From assembly GCF_000143415.4 (NCBI RefSeq), contig NW_003314261.1, positions 3,836,880-3,900,879 of the forward strand: 64,000 nucleotides of DNA, in the 5' to 3' direction. Numbering within the stretch: position 1 is the first letter of the stretch; each line of letters starts with the position of its first letter. The DNA comes from Selaginella moellendorffii. Its lineage: Eukaryota; Plantae; Lycopodiophyta. The notes beneath the pieces were generated by a model. That model saw nothing but the letters and a program-made list of their open reading frames with translations. It searched no databases and was not told the origin of the DNA. Made by a program: the position numbers and the translations under genes. Positions 48,964 to 61,756 of the stretch are shown piece after piece.

Positions 48964-51742
48964 TTACACAGCTTCTCCAAGTAGAGCATCCATTTCGTCG
49001 ATTTCTTCCGCTTCTTCTGCCGTGGTTGGCTCCTCCTTGACGGTTCTCGAAGTCAAGAATGCCAGTGCTGCCTCCTCAGTGACATCGCTGTTTGGAAAAC
49101 TTTCGTGGATGAACGCACAAAAGAAGGAAAAAAAAAAACTGTACCTGTCTGAAACTTCTCCTTTGGAGATCAGTGTCAACTTTCTCTGGATCACTGCGTC
49201 CCAGAAGTCGCTCAAGCGCTTCCCTTGGCACTTGTCAGCTAGCACACGAAAGAAGTCGTTGAATTCTTTGGATTCCTGGAGAAAACAAGAGTTTAGCTCC
49301 GAAAATGTTGCAGACTGCTTGCTTACCTCTTGCATCACGCAACCACTTCGGAGAGCGGCTAAGCAAGTCAGTGCTTTGTCGTAAGTGTTCCCTTTGTACG
49401 AGGAATCCAAGAGATCGATGATGATTTTCTTCATTCCTTGTATAGCTTTCCCGACCCACTCATCACTGTCCCGACGAGCTAGTAGCGTTTGGAAGTCCTG
49501 GACTGGGTTTAAGCTTCCAACTTCCTCGACCTGACGTGTGGCAAAACTGTCGAACGAGAGACCACTGCCCGAGGTATCCACATCCGGCTTTGCTTCCGCA
49601 TCATCGTCTTTAGCAGCGGCTTCGATTCTGTCTTTCCAAAACTTTGTCGAGTTTTTAGTTTTCTGCGCATACCACCCGACTGAGAAAAACGAGGGAGACA
49701 GAAGCACAGTGCCTCACCTGCACGTTCACCAATGTAAATTGGCTACAAAGTCCTTGAAGTTTTTCAATATGCTCCGATGAAAAATCTGGTTCTATGACTT
49801 TCTTCAGAGTTTCGTCTAATTGAGGTACCGATGCGTCTGGGTTTAGTGATTTCAAATAGAGAAAGTGGTAGAATCGCTGCATGCAATCATAAAATAAGTC
49901 AGGGAGCTTGAAACTCCTTTATATTGGTCTACCTGTAAAACTGGATTGCTCGTTTTCTCGGGTTGTAGGGACTCGACGCTGTCTGAGGGCGAAAGGTCGA
50001 GCATCTGAACTAGTAAATCAGTAGCTTCTTCTTGTTGCTTTGAAGGCAACTGGGACGCAGGTCGGTCATCAAATGATGCAAAGCCAAACTCACGAATATC
50101 TTCGGCAAATGGCACGATGTTGAAATAGAAAGAATCTGCCTACAAATCGCAACACCGGGTAAAATCCTGCTGAAGGACAATGACAAAAACTTACGATGCC
50201 ATCTTCGAAGGATAGATTTGGTGTCAAAACTCCCATCACAACATTTCGTTGTCCTTGTCTCCAAACACACCGGACTAAGGCCACCATGTTCGTTTGTTTC
50301 AGAGCTCGTGCAAGAGCGGACATTGCAAGAGAAGCTTTACGATTGCCAGGCTCCGGAACAAAAAGATTCGGCTCCTTCATATAGTAGTGCCTACGTTCGC
50401 ACAGTTAAAATCTCGTACGAAAGGGAAAGAAAAATCCATTACCTTGGAATATTGGCAGCTTCTGTGAATCCTAGGAGCTTTACTCCTTTGTCAGCAGTGA
50501 ACTTGAGTGACAGTTCCATGTCTGGGGTCACAGGGATAAGCTGCTGACCATAGTAGTAACCCTTTGCTCGTTGTGCTTTCGGAATGGACACTGTCGGGTC
50601 GTCACTGCTTTTGTAATCAGTATCCATTTTCACAACGTGAGTCGCAAGCGCATCACTTTGGGGTGCTTTGTCTGAGTAAACCTTAAGACTAGGAACTCTT
50701 TCTTGTGCGGCTTTCTTGTAAACCCAAACCTGGAGAAGCAGAAAAAAAGAAAAAATAAAAATTAGAACAAAACACAGTGAAACACCCAGTACCTTAATTC
50801 GTGCACCTGGTGTCATCTCCATATCTCCTCGGTAGAGCGTCGTGGGAGTTACTGTGCGAGGCTTTAGAGCTCCAAACAAGCACAGAGGACTTTCCACGGT
50901 TGTGACTTCTCCGTGCGTCCGAGACGCTAAATTCTCTAGAATCTCCGTGCTCTCCGAGCCGCTTTCACGCTTTTCCTCGTTCATTCTGAGTATAGCCGCG
51001 TCGAACCTCACTCCATGGTCTTCCATTTTCTCTGCGATTTTCTCAACCTGTTCCATCATACTCATACCTTCCATTGGCTCTTTTATCGGCGACTGGGCAT
51101 CGGTTATAAGGCAGATCCGCTTGTTTCCTTTCTTTCCATCTCCATACTTTTTGAAGATCATATCTGTGGCAACAACGATGGCATCGACATCTGTAGTGGT
51201 GCTTGTTAAGAAGAACGGAAGTATCAAAGAAACGATCACATAAAAAAAGGATACAGTCTCCTGCGTAGCATCCCCGGGGAAGCGCTCGCAGCTTCGTCAC
51301 CAGCTCACCATCGACAAGCGTAATCGGTTCGCTCACAATGCCTTCGTATGCTTCCCCGACTTCTCGTCTAAGATCGTTATCAGTCTCTGAGAAGAGAAAG
51401 CAAACCTTCTCAAGATTTTCTAGGAAGATCCTTAAAGGTTACCTTCCATGCCAAAGAGAACAAGTCCCACCTCATCGTTTTTGTGATTGAATAACTGGAA
51501 AGAAAAAAATTCAAGGAAGAATGAGCAAAAAATTCTCATGGAAACTTACCTTCCTTTCCAGCACAGCTGCCGTAGCTTTAGAAACGTGATGAAGATAGGG
51601 ATGCATCGACGGAGACACATCGAGAACAAAAACTAGCGATTCCTGAGCCAATAAGCGATCGCTATCACAAATGTAAGCTAGAAACGACGCAAGAACAATC
51701 GGAGCTACCGATCGAGGAAGAACGCACCTTGCTCCGGGCCAT
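48964..51742 (-). CDS. KU80: ATP-dependent DNA helicase 2 subunit Ku80, multi-exon
   Basis: LVFVLDVSPSM, KNDEVGLVLFG, DAIVV, KGYYYGQQLIP, PFAEDIREF, NPVLQRFY, NPVQDF. Confidence 0.93.
51191..51254 (-). other. U12-type (minor spliceosome) GT-AG intron in Ku80
   Basis: 5' splice site GTATCCTTT; branch TTCTTAAC (51212-51205) close to the AG; splicing gives GDYVDAIVV. Confidence 0.85.
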
Positions 51743-51906
51743 AGAATTCGCGCCTTCGAGATTTAGGGTTTTTCAAAACCTTGAAGAGGAAGTTTAGCTC
51801 AACAAGGGGCCGATCCCAGCCGTTGGCTCCAGTGCCACATCCGGGCCGTCAAACACTTATTTCTTTCAAAACTTCGGTTTCTTCTTCGCGCGTTCTTGTG
51901 GCTTCT

Positions 51907-54900
51907 TCAGGGCTTGAAGATCTGAGCGAGCTTCTCAGCGCTTCCCTTGCAACCATCCGCGAGCTTGTTCGTGTTCTTGGCTACCAGCGCCGAGATCTCG
52001 GACGCCATCGACGCAGCAGCGCTCTGAGCCTCGCCGGCGCGTTTCCTCACCACGAAGAAAGTGTTATCTCGGACTTCTCCGGCCTTCCTCGCGATCTTTT
52101 CCATGGACTCCAGCATCCTCTGCTGCGCCACGCTCAGCCTCTGGTTGGAAGTTTGCATCGCTTCTCTCAGGAACTGCAAGCTCCTCCCTTTGAACTCGTC
52201 GGCTTTCACCAGGATGCCGTGCATTGGAGGTTTTGCCTGCTGCGACGTGTCCTGGAGCTCGAGCTTCTCGAACTGCCAGCTTGGGACCGGGATGTTGCTG
52301 TCGTCCAGATCCTTGTCAACGTGGACCTCAATCCCTTGAGACTCCCATCTCTTTCGCGCTTCCTCTAGAACTTTAGCGTGAGCCATTGCCTTCTTTGCTT
52401 CTTCCTCGGCCCAAGTTCTGCCCAAAGAAACCATCCAACTCGCTTAGAACGAGGAACAAAAAAAGAGGGAAAGTTTACCTTGCAAGGACGAGAGCTTTCT
52501 TTTCTACTTGGGTCTCCGACTTCACATTCTCCAGCGTATCCCGCTCTTCTTCAATCTCGGCCAGAAGCTTCTCCATTCTGTCCCGCTCAAACACCACCTT
52601 TACTTTTTCCGAAGACAACCCTTGCAGAAGGTCATCAACCTCAAGCCGTGCTCGAGACAGAGCTTCCTTTGCAGCGTCCAACGAGGCTCTTTCCTTCATT
52701 ACGCCGTACTTTTCTTCTTCTCTTTCACTTTTCAGCTTCTCCAGCTCTTCCCTCAATCTCTCGGCCACTGCCTCAGCTTCGACCGTCAACTGCCTCTGTC
52801 GATCCAATTCTTCACGAAAAACAGCATTCGCTTCTTTCTGTGCACGAGCCTCTAGTGCTATCTCAGCAGCCACCGCCTTTTCCGCATGTCTTTCAGCTTC
52901 TAGACGCTCAAGCTCCTCGCCGATATGCTCTGATGCCTCACCAGATGACAGTGCAACCGCTGCCTGGCCCGTAGTAACGGGTTTATGTGGTTGAAACAGC
53001 CTCGTGTATCCTGCCAAAACATGTCAAACCAGAAATGGAAATAGTTTTAGCCGAAGTACCGAATGCAGACGATATAATGCTTCGGTCGCCCGCAGCAACA
53101 TCCGCTGCAATAGCAGGCCAAACATCCGTATGAATGTTATCAATGTCGATGAACCTTTCTTGCAATTTCTGCAAGTAATATCAACATCAAACAAGTAGCC
53201 TTCTTGAGCTCAAAAACAAACTTACATTTCGATTTGCGACCGGAAGACTATGATTTTCCACGGCAAACTTCCAGCTTATAAGATCTTGACGTGACAATGG
53301 ACTGCAAAAACTTGCACGCATTAAAACATGTGCTGGTGGCCCGTGCAACAGCATTACCGGTCAGGAAGAAAATGGATCGGGCCATCACTATCTGGACCCC
53401 GTGATAGCTTACTGAAAATAAGCCCTGCCTCCGCCAGGCCTGCTCAAACGTCCACTGTCAAACGAGCGTCTGGTATGAAGAAACTGTAACCTTGTATGAA
53501 TGGAAAATCCGGATCCTCAGGCGAAACATCGTCGAACGCAGCTTCTGTAACTTTTTCGATATACATTGCAGGAGAGACTTTAGCACCCGTATTTCTGTGA
53601 GATATATACGTGAGAACTTAAAGAACTGAAAAGCTGGACAGAATACCTTGCCAAGGTTCGATTTGCAGCAACAAGCCAGCGAGCGTACTCTCTTCGGGTA
53701 CAGATAGTAGACGCTCCAACTCCTGGCTCCACAACCTGCACGAACGAAAATGAATAAAAACAAAAACAAAACAAGAAGAAGCAACGCACCTTAAGAGATT
53801 GTAGCGCAGAGAGGGCCTGTTCTTGGCCATGATCTACGACAGGTGCGATCAATACACGTCCTGATGGCAATGCAGAAGGCGCAGATGGAGCAGGTATGAC
53901 AATTTGCCAAAATTCAGACTCCGATGAAGGGGAAACTTTATCTAGCGAAGACGTGATCCTACTGATTTCATCCTCCTGGGATAAAACCATATCAGCTGCA
54001 TTCTCCACGGGTGTTGCTCCAACCTCGGAGGAAGAGAAAGGCTCATCCTGCTCACTCACACTCAAACCGGGAGACGCAGTCACCGACTCAACCAGCTCAA
54101 CCTCCCTGTCTGACTCCTGAGGTAACGGTACCTCGGCACCATGAACAGCAGTGTTAGAGTCCTCGGTTAGATCCACAGAGGCCAACAAGACGTCGGGCTT
54201 CTCCGATGCTACGACGACTTCGTCCTCGGACGGCAAGGCAACCGGGGCAGACGACTCACTGGAAACGCTCTCTGGTTCTTCAGGACTGCTACTCTCGACT
54301 GAGTACGTGGAATCGGCTGTTCCGGCACTCGACTCGGGTGTGGCATCTGAGTCGGGAGACTTCAGATCATCGGAGACTGAATCGACGGCTAAGTCAGTAG
54401 CAGGGGTTGACAAATCCTCTCCAGACTCTGTGTCAGTACGGGATAGCTCTTCGCCGGTATTCTCGTAACCAAAGGTTGAAGCAGCACCACCAGATGCAGG
54501 AGAACTGACCACCCCAGCCTCACTATCTTCAATCGTGTCACTTGGAAAAGAAACCTGACCTGTGGTTGTATCGGGTTGATGCGGAGTAGCCACAGGAGCA
54601 TCCGCGGCAACCTCTTGCTCCTCTTCCTCCTCCGCATTCTCAGTCGATTGGACATCCACTGGGCTTTCCTCCTCATCCTCGACTTCCTGAGCAGCCCCAG
54701 CCTCCTTGACCTTAGTCGATTCTGTCACATATGTTTCCTCGTAAGCCGGGGGTGGTGGTACAAGATCCACCTTGCTTCCTACACCTGCAAGTTCGAATCC
54801 ATTACGATGAGAAAAGCATGAGGAAAACGAAATGAACCAACCTCTCTTCCAACACGCATTGGACACCAACGCAAAACCAACGGCGAGAGCAACGCCTGCT

Positions 54901-55229
54901 CCTACTTGCAAAAATCCTGCGCGAAAAGAATCAATGTAAGCATCGCATGCACAGGAAATAGAGAAAAAGGTACCTGAAAGCTTCTTTCGCTTGCCATTAT
55001 CCAGAAAAGACCATCCGGCATAGGAATCCTTCCCTGGCTCCTGTGCCCACGAAGAAGAAGAGGTGCTCGGCCCATCGTCGCCGCTGGACTGCGCACAGCA
55101 GTAAATGCAAGGTAGCCTAGTGCATCTCCTGGATGGATTCGCGGATAGCGATGTTGCATGCTGGTGCTGGCATCCTAGATACAATTTCGCCGGCAGCAAG
55201 GAAGGTAATCCGGGGAGAGCTACCGCCAT
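51907..55229 (-). CDS. Chloroplast S-layer-homology (SLH) domain / coiled-coil protein, multi-exon
   Basis: DSYAGWS, VDHGQEQALSALQSLKVVE, CTRREYARWLV, AFDDVSPEDPDF, LFQPHKPVTTGQAAVAL, RTWAEEEAK. Confidence 0.85.
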
Positions 55230-55418
55230 ATTTCGGAAAGGAAGAGGAGGAATCGGGTGGAAAGAGGAAACGGGAGCTCGAGCGAGCTACAAACACATCT
55301 GCGAGCGCCGCGCACCGGCAATTCAGTCGCGGCGATGCAAGAAGGGAGGGAGACTCACCGGATCTAAGCCAGCGCCTTGGTCGATCGAGAGCTCCTCTCT
55401 CAAACCCCTGCACAAACC

Positions 55419-56125
55419 CTAGGAACTGTACACAAAATGCCACATGTTGGTGACGTGGCTGGCCAAGCTGGCACGTTTAAAACGACCATCGCCTTTCGTG
55501 TGGCGCCTGGTTCGCTACTTGTCCAAAGCCTGCGCTCTCCAGGTAGCAGATTGGCCTACTTTAAATTTTTTTCATGCTTTCTTCGAGAAAATCGCGTGCT
55601 TGCTTCTCTTGTCCCATTGTCTTTGAGTTTTTGTTTAGCTTTGATATGGTAGTCACGATGAAATAGATAGAATGAATACTTTTGATCGATCGAGCTTATA
55701 TGGTGAATTCGTTTCGCTCAAATGGTGATCTCCTTTGATCGATCGAGCTCAAAACCGGATAACAAAGAGAAAGGTTTTTGGTTTTAAACAAAAGACAGAG
55801 AAACACATACCAGGATGAGATACTGCGATTCATCAGCTAAGAACTTTGCTCGTCACCATGGACTAGCAAAACTCAATGCCAAAATCGATGAAATCAAACA
55901 CGGGATCAGCTCGATCGAAGTTTTCATCCGCAGTATATCTCCATACCAAAGACGAAGGACAAGAAAGGAAAGAGTGCTACATACACGCTCTTGGTGACAA
56001 TGCAAGTCATCCCGGCAGCTTTGGCAGCTTTGGCAGCTTGGAGGCCAATCCTACTGTCCTCGATGACCACGCAACTGGATCAAACATCAACGAAGTTTAT
56101 CCAAATATCAAGAAAAAACAAATCT
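55419..56125 (-). pseudogene. Duplicated 3' fragment of CbbY (last two exons, 3' UTR, downstream intergenic); direct repeat of 60008-60702
   Basis: Colinear with 60008-60702; has an extra 9-bp GGCAGCTTT unit and an intron deletion. Confidence 0.88.
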
Positions 56126-56560
56126 TCGAGGAAGTGGAAGAAATGGTCGCTCTGGCGGCCAAAGGCTCGACTTTGGTGAGGTGGTGAGCATCACTCGGAC
56201 ACAGCCGAGAGCCGTTGCCTTTGCTATCCGCTCAAATCGTCGATGAAGGAGAAAGCCGTGAAGTCGAGATCGAGCTCGCTAACTTCGATGTCAGCATGAT
56301 CTATGGAAGAAGAAGAAGATTAAACCAGCAAGATAGTTTCTGTCAACAGCATGAAGCCAGCATGACTGTTGCGAGTTTTTCGAGCTGGACTCGAAACAAA
56401 CCCAGTGAACAATCGCAGAGTTCATCGAACAACGAGTAAAACAACTTTAGCTATTTCTTTTGCAAGCTTCCAGTCCAAAGTTCTTACCCTTCCTCTATTT
56501 CCAGGCCCAGAGAGTGATAGTTCCACACCTCTAGGAAGGCAGCTAGCTTTTCCTTTGCAT

Positions 56561-57328
56561 CTACCAAAACATGTCCTCCTTGCTTCGCATGAAGCCCGCA
56601 CAGCTTGCAAACTCCACAACTTGTCCAAGGGGGAACCGAAACTCATTCCGGATGTTCGTGGGCAAATCCGGCACACCCTTGAATATCGTATCCGTGGATG
56701 CCACAAAGCACTCGTGCCCTTCCAGCCGACTATACTCTCTGAGCTCTCCGGCATATCCGATGCATGCCTGAAACCACACTCCCCGACTCCCCTCGTCGTA
56801 GTTGACGCTCAAGCCGGCAGCCAGCGTCACCGTGTCCAGCTTCATGATCTCCCTCACGTTTTCCTTGAGCTTGTCGAAGGATTCATTGTAGAAGGCCACC
56901 TCCACAACCACGATAGGAATCTCCATGGAGCTGACCTCGGGCTTCCTCGTGTAGAGGACGTTGTCCACCATCTTCTTCGTGCCGTTTGGGAGGCTCAAGA
57001 GCATGTTTGTCCAGTGGCAAACTGTCTTGAAAGTCGGGATGCCCATGTTGAACACCTCGTCTTGAAGAACAGCAGAGACCCAACCCTTGATCGATGCGTG
57101 CACGCCGGTGTTGTCGCCGCAGATGCTCACCACGCCTCCGCGAGGGTCATACTGTAACCCGTAGCGCCTGACCACATCATCATCCACTAACCTCTCGTAT
57201 TCTTCCGCTTCCACTCCAGACGCGCAGTGAAAGGGGCCTCTCTTGTAGAGAGCCAGGTCCCTCTTCTTCGAATAGATCCTGCCATGCGTAGTCTTGCAAG
57301 CTCTCAACAGCTTCTTCGAGGCGCTCAT
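56561..57328 (-). CDS. Uncharacterised protein with putative restriction-endonuclease-like (Uma2/CR-REase) fold
   Basis: Intronless 255 aa; GVHAS..., KKMVD...PIVVVEVAFYNESFDKLK; AAACCCTA motif just upstream. Confidence 0.6.
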   Translation of the reverse strand: MSASKKLLRACKTTHGRIYSKKRDLALYKRGPFHCASGVEAEEYERLVDDDVVRRYGLQYDPRGGVVSICGDNTGVHASIKGWVSAVLQDEVFNMGIPTFKTVCHWTNMLLSLPNGTKKMVDNVLYTRKPEVSSMEIPIVVVEVAFYNESFDKLKENVREIMKLDTVTLAAGLSVNYDEGSRGVWFQACIGYAGELREYSRLEGHECFVASTDTIFKGVPDLPTNIRNEFRFPLGQVVEFASCAGFMRSKEDMFW

Positions 57329-57419
57329 AGTCCCTTTCGTCTTACTTATAGGCTAGGGTTTCTCACATCTGTTTTTAACTATCAATTGATCCATTGCCAG
57401 TGCGCTCCGCAAACCTAAA

Positions 57420-58720
57420 CTCCGAGACTCTGTCCATCCTCGTCGTAGCAAACGAGGTTGAGCTTCTTTTTTTCTCACCACTTTGCTAACTCGTGCACCA
57501 GATTGAGCCAGTTTGCGGTTTCAAGTCGAGTACTTGCGATTCCTGGTTCACGCCTCGCGTGGTTCACCTCTTCGGGATAACGTTTTTCTGTGCCGTTTTA
57601 TACTGCTGGCGTTGCGGACGCTTGTCGAGAGTTCCAACTCCTAGGAGACGAGGCTAGACATGAGAGATGAAATGCTCTCTGGTAAGTCCATAGCTTTTGG
57701 AAGCATGGCTTTTTGTTTTTTGGAAGAAAGACCGGCTTTAATTCTTGAAATTCATGTCAGTGGAACCTTGAGGTGAGGATTTGCTGACTCGATGGCTGGC
57801 ACTGGCACTAAGTTTCCTGTTTTTTTCTTTTTCCCCAGTTTGCTCCCCAAGAAAAAAAGCTTGCAAGATTCTGACCGTCTTGATCAGGTAGCTTGTTTTG
57901 AGACTTTGCGAGAGAAGTTGTCTAACGTTTTTCTTGTTTGGAAGCGCTCGTCCACGAACACAGCCGGCACCGGATGATTTGTTTTTCCTATCTCTCGGCA
58001 GGTAAGACATCCAAGCTGCGCGATACCAACAGCCGTCAGCACTTTGGCTACTCCGCTAGGAGCGAGTTCCATGTTTGTACAAGTTGAGGGCGTGAAACTC
58101 CTGACTCCCTTTGATATCTACACAGCAGTACATTCAGGTTCGTGATGCTGTGCTCTCCAATCAACGTAAATCCGTTTTGCTCGACAGGATCTCACCGATC
58201 TCATGGAACAGACACTGAAAAGAACCTCAAGCTGCCGAGCTCGTCCGAGAAGTATAAGCAGGAGGTGCTGTCCGGTAACTTGGATTGGACTCCACTCGGC
58301 TTTCAAAAGCTGAGGATCGACGCTGCGAAGTCGTGCATCAAAGTTCGGACGTAGCATTTGTTTGTCAACCGGAGAAAACAGCACCATTTGCTACCTCCAC
58401 AGCTCGTAATAACCACTAGAAGAAGTAGAGGAAGAAAGCTCTAGCTTCCGACCGAAAGCTGTAAGAGAGTAGAAGCAAGTCTTTGGTGGGAGAGAAGGCA
58501 AAACACCTCGTTTGTGCGGCCGGGTCCTTGATGCAAATCATCTATGGCACAGAAGATGTCGACACCAAGCTGTTCCTTTGTATGCTCGATGACTGGTACC
58601 AAGTTATATCTTCTTTCCCCTAATAAGTAGAGCTCCCTTGTAGGACCCATCGCAAACCCATCGCTCACGCTCGCGAGAGGATGGAGCAAATCCACAAATA
58701 CTTTAGCAAAAGACTAATAA
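57420..58720 (-). pseudogene. Decayed orphan gene fragments
   Basis: Short coding-like pieces with GT-AG boundaries; no recognised domain. Confidence 0.3.
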
Positions 58721-60385
58721 AGACGCATTACGTTGTATACTAGAAAGAAACTGTAAGAGATCAAATAGATCAACTAGGCACTCGAATGCCAAGACATTCC
58801 TTGCAATAACAATATTAAGGTGCCGCATTCCCCGCACCAATCTCTCCCATATTACCTACACAAATGTATTAACAAAGATATTTATAAAATTGAATATATT
58901 ACCAGTAGCAAAGTGATTTCTCTGGTACGCAAGACAGTGCCACGTGTTATAAGTTTATCCCCTTGGATGGATTTTAATTCCAATAGATCCTTAATAAAAT
59001 AAATTGCTAATAACGCTTGGTTTTAGTGTTATTGTTACTTATTAATCCAATTCATCAAATAAATGATAAGATGATAAAATTAAAAATAATATGCTAGAAA
59101 GGGTTTAAGAAAGTTTATAAATTATAAATATGTTTATAAATTATAAATACAAAATTAATAAAAATGAATAATAACTGTTAGATGGTAAAATATCCTAGAA
59201 TATTTAAGTATATTCTAAATATATTCACTACCATTCCACAGGTCTGGTTAAACAAACAAAAAATTATTAGTGGATAGTCAAATTTTAATATTAACTAACC
59301 TTTAGCTTTTACAAACCACTTCATCATTCTTGAGGTTACATTTGGCAAACGTTGGGAAATGGCCACCTCTGGTATTAATTGATCTTGGTGAGGGCTTACA
59401 TCCCCTCCAAAAAGAAAAAATAAATAAATTTTACATTTTATAATATGTAAATCAAGAATTTATTTCCTAGTTAGATCATAATAAAACTTAATTGCTCAGG
59501 TCTATTATAATTCACATTTTATATCCATTAACAACCAATTTTATAATAAATGTTTACCTTAAATTTTAAGTTGAATTAATTTAGTTATAAAGCTTAAAAA
59601 ATGACCTATTTATATTCTAAATTCACATGGGGTGAAACATTATTTAATAACTTCCTCCAACCTTTATTTGACACATTACTTGCAATAAAACCCCATTGGT
59701 AGTTATTATCTTTAATATACTTCAAGAGCAAGAGCAGTTGGAAGATAGAAGATAAAAGTTTGGCATATTTGACCTCTTAAAGTTGCATCCAATCTAGAGA
59801 ATAAAACAAAGATCTAAAGCTCTTTGTCTAGAACATACCTTGGGAAGAACAAATCCAGCAAGGTAAAATGTGTCAAATGTGAGAGCTCCAGCAGAGTGGC
59901 GGAGCTTCTGAGATTGATTAAAATGTTCGCTCTAAAGTATTCAAGCATGCCACTGGACAGTTTTCTGAAACGAGGCTTGTATTTTGGGTGAAAAAGGTCA
60001 TTTCTTGCTAGGAACTACACAGGATGGTGACGTGGCTGGCCACGCTGGCACGTAAAACGACCATCGCGCCTGGTTCGCTCCTTGTCTAACTCCAGTAGCA
60101 GATTGGCCTACTTTAATTTTATTGCACGTTCTTCGAGAAAATCGCGTGCTTGCTTAAGAAAAATGTCTTGTGCCATTGTCTTTGAATTTGTGCTTAGCTT
60201 TGATATGGTAGTCACGATCAAATAGATAGGAATGAATACGTTTGGTGGATCGAACTTATATGGTGAATTCACTTGCCTCATATGGTGAATTCCTTTGATC
60301 GAACGAGCTCATAACTGGATACCAAAGAGAAAGGTTTTTGGTTTTAAACAAAGGAACACATACCAGGACGAGATAATGCGATTCA

Positions 60386-61727
60386 TCAGCTAAGAACTTT
60401 GCTCGTCACCAAGGACTCACAAAACTCAATGCCAAAATCGATGAAATCAAACACAGCATCAGCTCGATCGAAGTTTTCATCCGCAGTATATCTGGCGGAA
60501 GAGAAAACAAACATTTCTTGAGAAAACTTCCATACCAAAGACGAAGAACAAGAAAGAAAAGAGTGCTACATACACGCTCTTGGTGACAATGCAAGTCATC
60601 CCGGCAGCTTTGGCAGCTTGGAGGCCAATCCCACTGTCCTCGATGACCACGCAACTGCATCAAACATCAACGAAGTTTGTGCAAAAATCAAGAAACAAAT
60701 CTCGTGATCGCGGAGAAAAGTTTTTGCAGCACCTCGAAGGCTCAACTTGGAAAGATGTAGCAGCCAAAGTGTAGATGGCCTGCGAGGCGAGACCAATCAG
60801 GAACACAACCACAGGGAAGAAAACATTCCAACACTGGATCTCTTAACTGGATCTGGTTTTTTGCGAGGGACTACATCGCCGGCGAAGATGGAAATGGATC
60901 TGGCTCTCAAAGGACCGAGCAAAACATTGACAATTGCCGAGACCTGTTGGCACAGAAATATTAATCGACCAAACAGTGTGCGTGATCTTACAGCTTTTTC
61001 GTTTGAGGTGCTACAAACGGCGACCTTGATGTTCTTCGCAAGTGCTTCGTCGACTAATCTGTGCAACCATAGCATCGATAGTTACAAAAGAAAGATAAAA
61101 GCTCAACAAAGAAGAAAAAGAAGCACCTGGCAACTCCTGGACGAAGTGGAAGTTCTTTAGTATCGATAAGCTCCATGAACAAGTCGGTCTTTCGCTTGTG
61201 CAGCGATGCTACGAAAGCTTTTCTCTCGGCGGAGTCTTTTGGAGCAGCGTCGGGCCATCCAACTTGATTGAAGTAGTGTGTCATGCTGCCAAGAAACTTG
61301 GAAGTATCGAAGTTAACGAACTTTGCCAGTTTAGAACACGAAGAACTTGCAAGACAAACCGTTCTTTGCCGCCTCCAATCTTGAGCAATTCTCCGTAGAG
61401 CTCCACGTCCCAGACTGTGTCCAATCCTTTCTGTTTTGGACAAGAATGCGAGGAAGATCCTTGAAACTTGGAGCATTTCCAACTGCAACTTACCTCCTTG
61501 AAGGTCTGATTGAAGGAAACTCGATGACCATCCTTCTCTGTGTCAACCAAAACGCCATCGCAATCGAAAAATAGCGCTTTCACTGAAGAATCGCTCGCTG
61601 CTGCTGCTCGAGGCTGGACGAAGAACACCCGCGACGATTTAAATCTATTTGCCGCGACGTTTGCTCCCGGGAGCTTCTTTGGAAACCACTGTGAAGTGTA
61701 GGAAGTTACAATGGAAGAGGAGGCCAT
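60386..61727 (-). CDS. CBBY: Chloroplast CbbY-like HAD sugar phosphatase, multi-exon
   Basis: FDCDGVLVDTEKDGHR, LLKIGGGKERM, VCSTSNEKAV, KKPDPAIY, CVVIEDSGIGLQAAKAAGM. Confidence 0.93.
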
Positions 61728-61756
61728 GGCCAGAGTTTAGGGCTTTAGTTTTTGTG

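Noticed and set aside
55815-56187. Plus-strand ORFs in the duplicated segment
   Set aside because: They are the reverse strand of CbbY exon copies
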